Below the pieces are notes generated by a model. It was not told the DNA's origin. It worked only from the letters and a program-made list of their open reading frames with translations, and made no database searches. The translations under genes and the position numbers were made by a program. Source: Laetmonice hystrix (taxonomy: Eukaryota). Taken from it: 64,000 bases of DNA. Positions 62,235 through 64,000 of the stretch are shown piece after piece (the first letter of the stretch is position 1; each line of letters starts with the position of its first letter). The stretch spans positions 21,204,001 through 21,268,000 of the forward strand of contig OZ249437.1 of NCBI GenBank assembly GCA_965235115.1, given 5' to 3'.

Positions 62235-63403
62235 ATGCTTGTGGTAAAACAAGCTCCCACGTTTTGTTGTTTTTTGTTTTAAACAAGCCTTGAAAAACAT
62301 CGTTTTCTAGGTATGCAGCCATGTCAACCATACAAGTAAATATTACCACCTGATGTTAATGGATGAGGAGTGTGACACTAAATAATCAAATAAATTATTT
62401 ATTAATATTACACCTTTATCTAAATCTCTATCCCTAACAAAATCAGTGCTTTCTGACATTTTCCATGATCAGTTTCTGTTTAACAATGACCCTTGGTAAA
62501 AACCTACAACACTGTCATCTTATCAGGGAATCGTCATCTTCTTACATTCTACCTCTCATTAAATATTAAACCTTCAGTGCTACCGCAAGCTGACTCAGTA
62601 CTCAATAATCTGAATAATCATAATTTCAAAACTCTACATGTCTGAGTTTCAGTCCATCTGGTTGTAGGGAGTGAATAATTAGCCAGCAGTGGTTCAAAGT
62701 ATTGAAATCCCTTCCTGAACACAGAAACGACCTTGTACCATTCACACTGATTAAATAACAGTTAACATTTCCATCTTGTACCATTCACACAGTGACACAG
62801 ACCAGTAACTGTAACAGTCAACACCTTCCTCCATTTACTATAAAAAACACATTTGATTCTTGATAATAAACAATGCCACAAGGTCGGCGTTCCAATCTCA
62901 TGGGAACTTGTTAGCTTCTAGTATACTACGATTCAAAATCCTCAGAACTCTCTTTACAAACAGTAAGACGTCCAGGCAAAGCAACCTGGATGTTTCTACG
63001 AACTTTTCTAAAATGTAAAGCTATGCTGCTTCTTCAAGAAGATTACAATGTTGCACATCACACAAATAATTTTATGGGTTTTTTTCTTTATCAATGAAGC
63101 TGAAGCAACTGTATCAGTTGTTTGTTACTTGTAAACCAGGTCCCACAGTAAGTGTATGGTAGATATCAGTTCAACAACTACACACTTTCTTCCCCAAACC
63201 ACTTTTTTAACATACACTCTTGAGGTGCTGACGTTTGGCAGGTTTTAAAAACCGCTATTTTCAAACCCTTTCAGTTTTAGCGCTTACCATTCACTCCCAC
63301 GTTCACACCAACTGTTGGAGCAATGATACAGCTGGACGGTGCGCCACGCAAATCCTAAGAAGCGATGCTCAACAATTATTACACCCGGCAGTACTTGAGT
63401 CGG

Positions 63404-63442
63404 CCAGTAGGTGGCAGTAACAACAGGATGGCCCCCTGGTGG
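63404..63442. promoter_or_regulatory. Pair of oppositely oriented CTCF-like motifs
   Basis: Plus strand CCAGTAGGTGGCAG (63404-17) and minus strand CCACCAGGGGGCCA (63429-42). Confidence 0.5.
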
Positions 63443-64000
63443 TGACAAGTGGAGGCTGGTCGCATGTTCTTCCCTGGTCAGCCCTTGATTTAGTAATAAT
63501 TGTCGTAGTTGCTCAGCAACATTCACACACAGATTTCTAACAGCAATATGACGTATATCATACAGAATCATCTGAAATAGAGTGAGACAAAAATAATAAT
63601 ACTGTAAAATCACATTTTTTCAAATGGATCTGACAATGCATAATCAAGTCTTTTCATATGGTCTGTTTTTCCAATGAAAGGTCTGAGACTCAAAAGCTTA
63701 GATCTTCCAGAAATAGTTCCAATTTCTAGACAAAGCTCATATAAACTACTTTAATGCCTCAATACACATGAAAAATATTTCTACAAATTCAAAGGATTAT
63801 GGAAAAATGTGTTTTAGTCAAAATTACAAATGTATACCTACCATGATACCACCATTTTGTTTTCTTTGGGTTTTTGCTACAAGTTTTAACATATATACCA
63901 TTATCTGGTGGACGTTTCTGAAAGAGAAAATATCACAAATAACCTCTGACCTGCATGGGTTAAAGAGTTTCAATATTAAAGTATTATTCCTCATCCTGAT

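Noticed and set aside
559-63054. DMRT/DSX consensus sites (559-571, 17830-17842 inside a 19-bp palindrome, 63042-63054) and ACAATGT cores in the 53150 array, suggesting autoregulation
   Set aside because: RNNACAWTGTNNY is expected about twice per 64 kb by chance, so three hits are not significant; the array cores fail the flanking consensus.

Overview
Eukaryotic (animal) genomic DNA, probably a bilaterian invertebrate; the taxon is an inference and cannot be fixed from this sequence alone. The only recognisable protein-coding sequence is the last exon (1369-2252, +) of a DMRTA-class gene (DMRTA2/Dmrt4-5/Dmrt99B-like; DMA domain plus SAFSP motif). Its DM-domain exon must lie upstream of the window. 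The remaining ~61 kb has no other convincing coding exon and looks like a developmental-TF gene desert. About one third of the window (~21 kb by my manual sum) is ~28 mutually unrelated tandem arrays, mostly minisatellites with units of 18-91 bp. About ten short non-autonomous DNA transposons are present (mariner-like, Kolobok-like, Harbinger-like and unclassified), three of them inserted inside arrays. CTCF-like motifs cluster near the right end. Almost all long ORFs in the supplied track are by-products of stop-free repeats. No transposase, RT, rRNA, tRNA or CRISPR was found. The most unusual signals are: (i) ~20 copies of the palindrome TAGGCCTA plus a graded family TA-G(n)-C(m)-TA, which I propose are transposon excision footprints; (ii) a 507-bp TSD-less insertion with a 45-bp-stem terminal hairpin and asymmetric inverted repeats; (iii) a perfect 169-bp foldback MITE with non-identical CAG/CTG flanks; (iv) minisatellites apparently born in situ at near-blunt junctions, some of which multiply TF-like motifs. 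All coordinates and counts were made by eye; array boundaries are approximate to a few bases.
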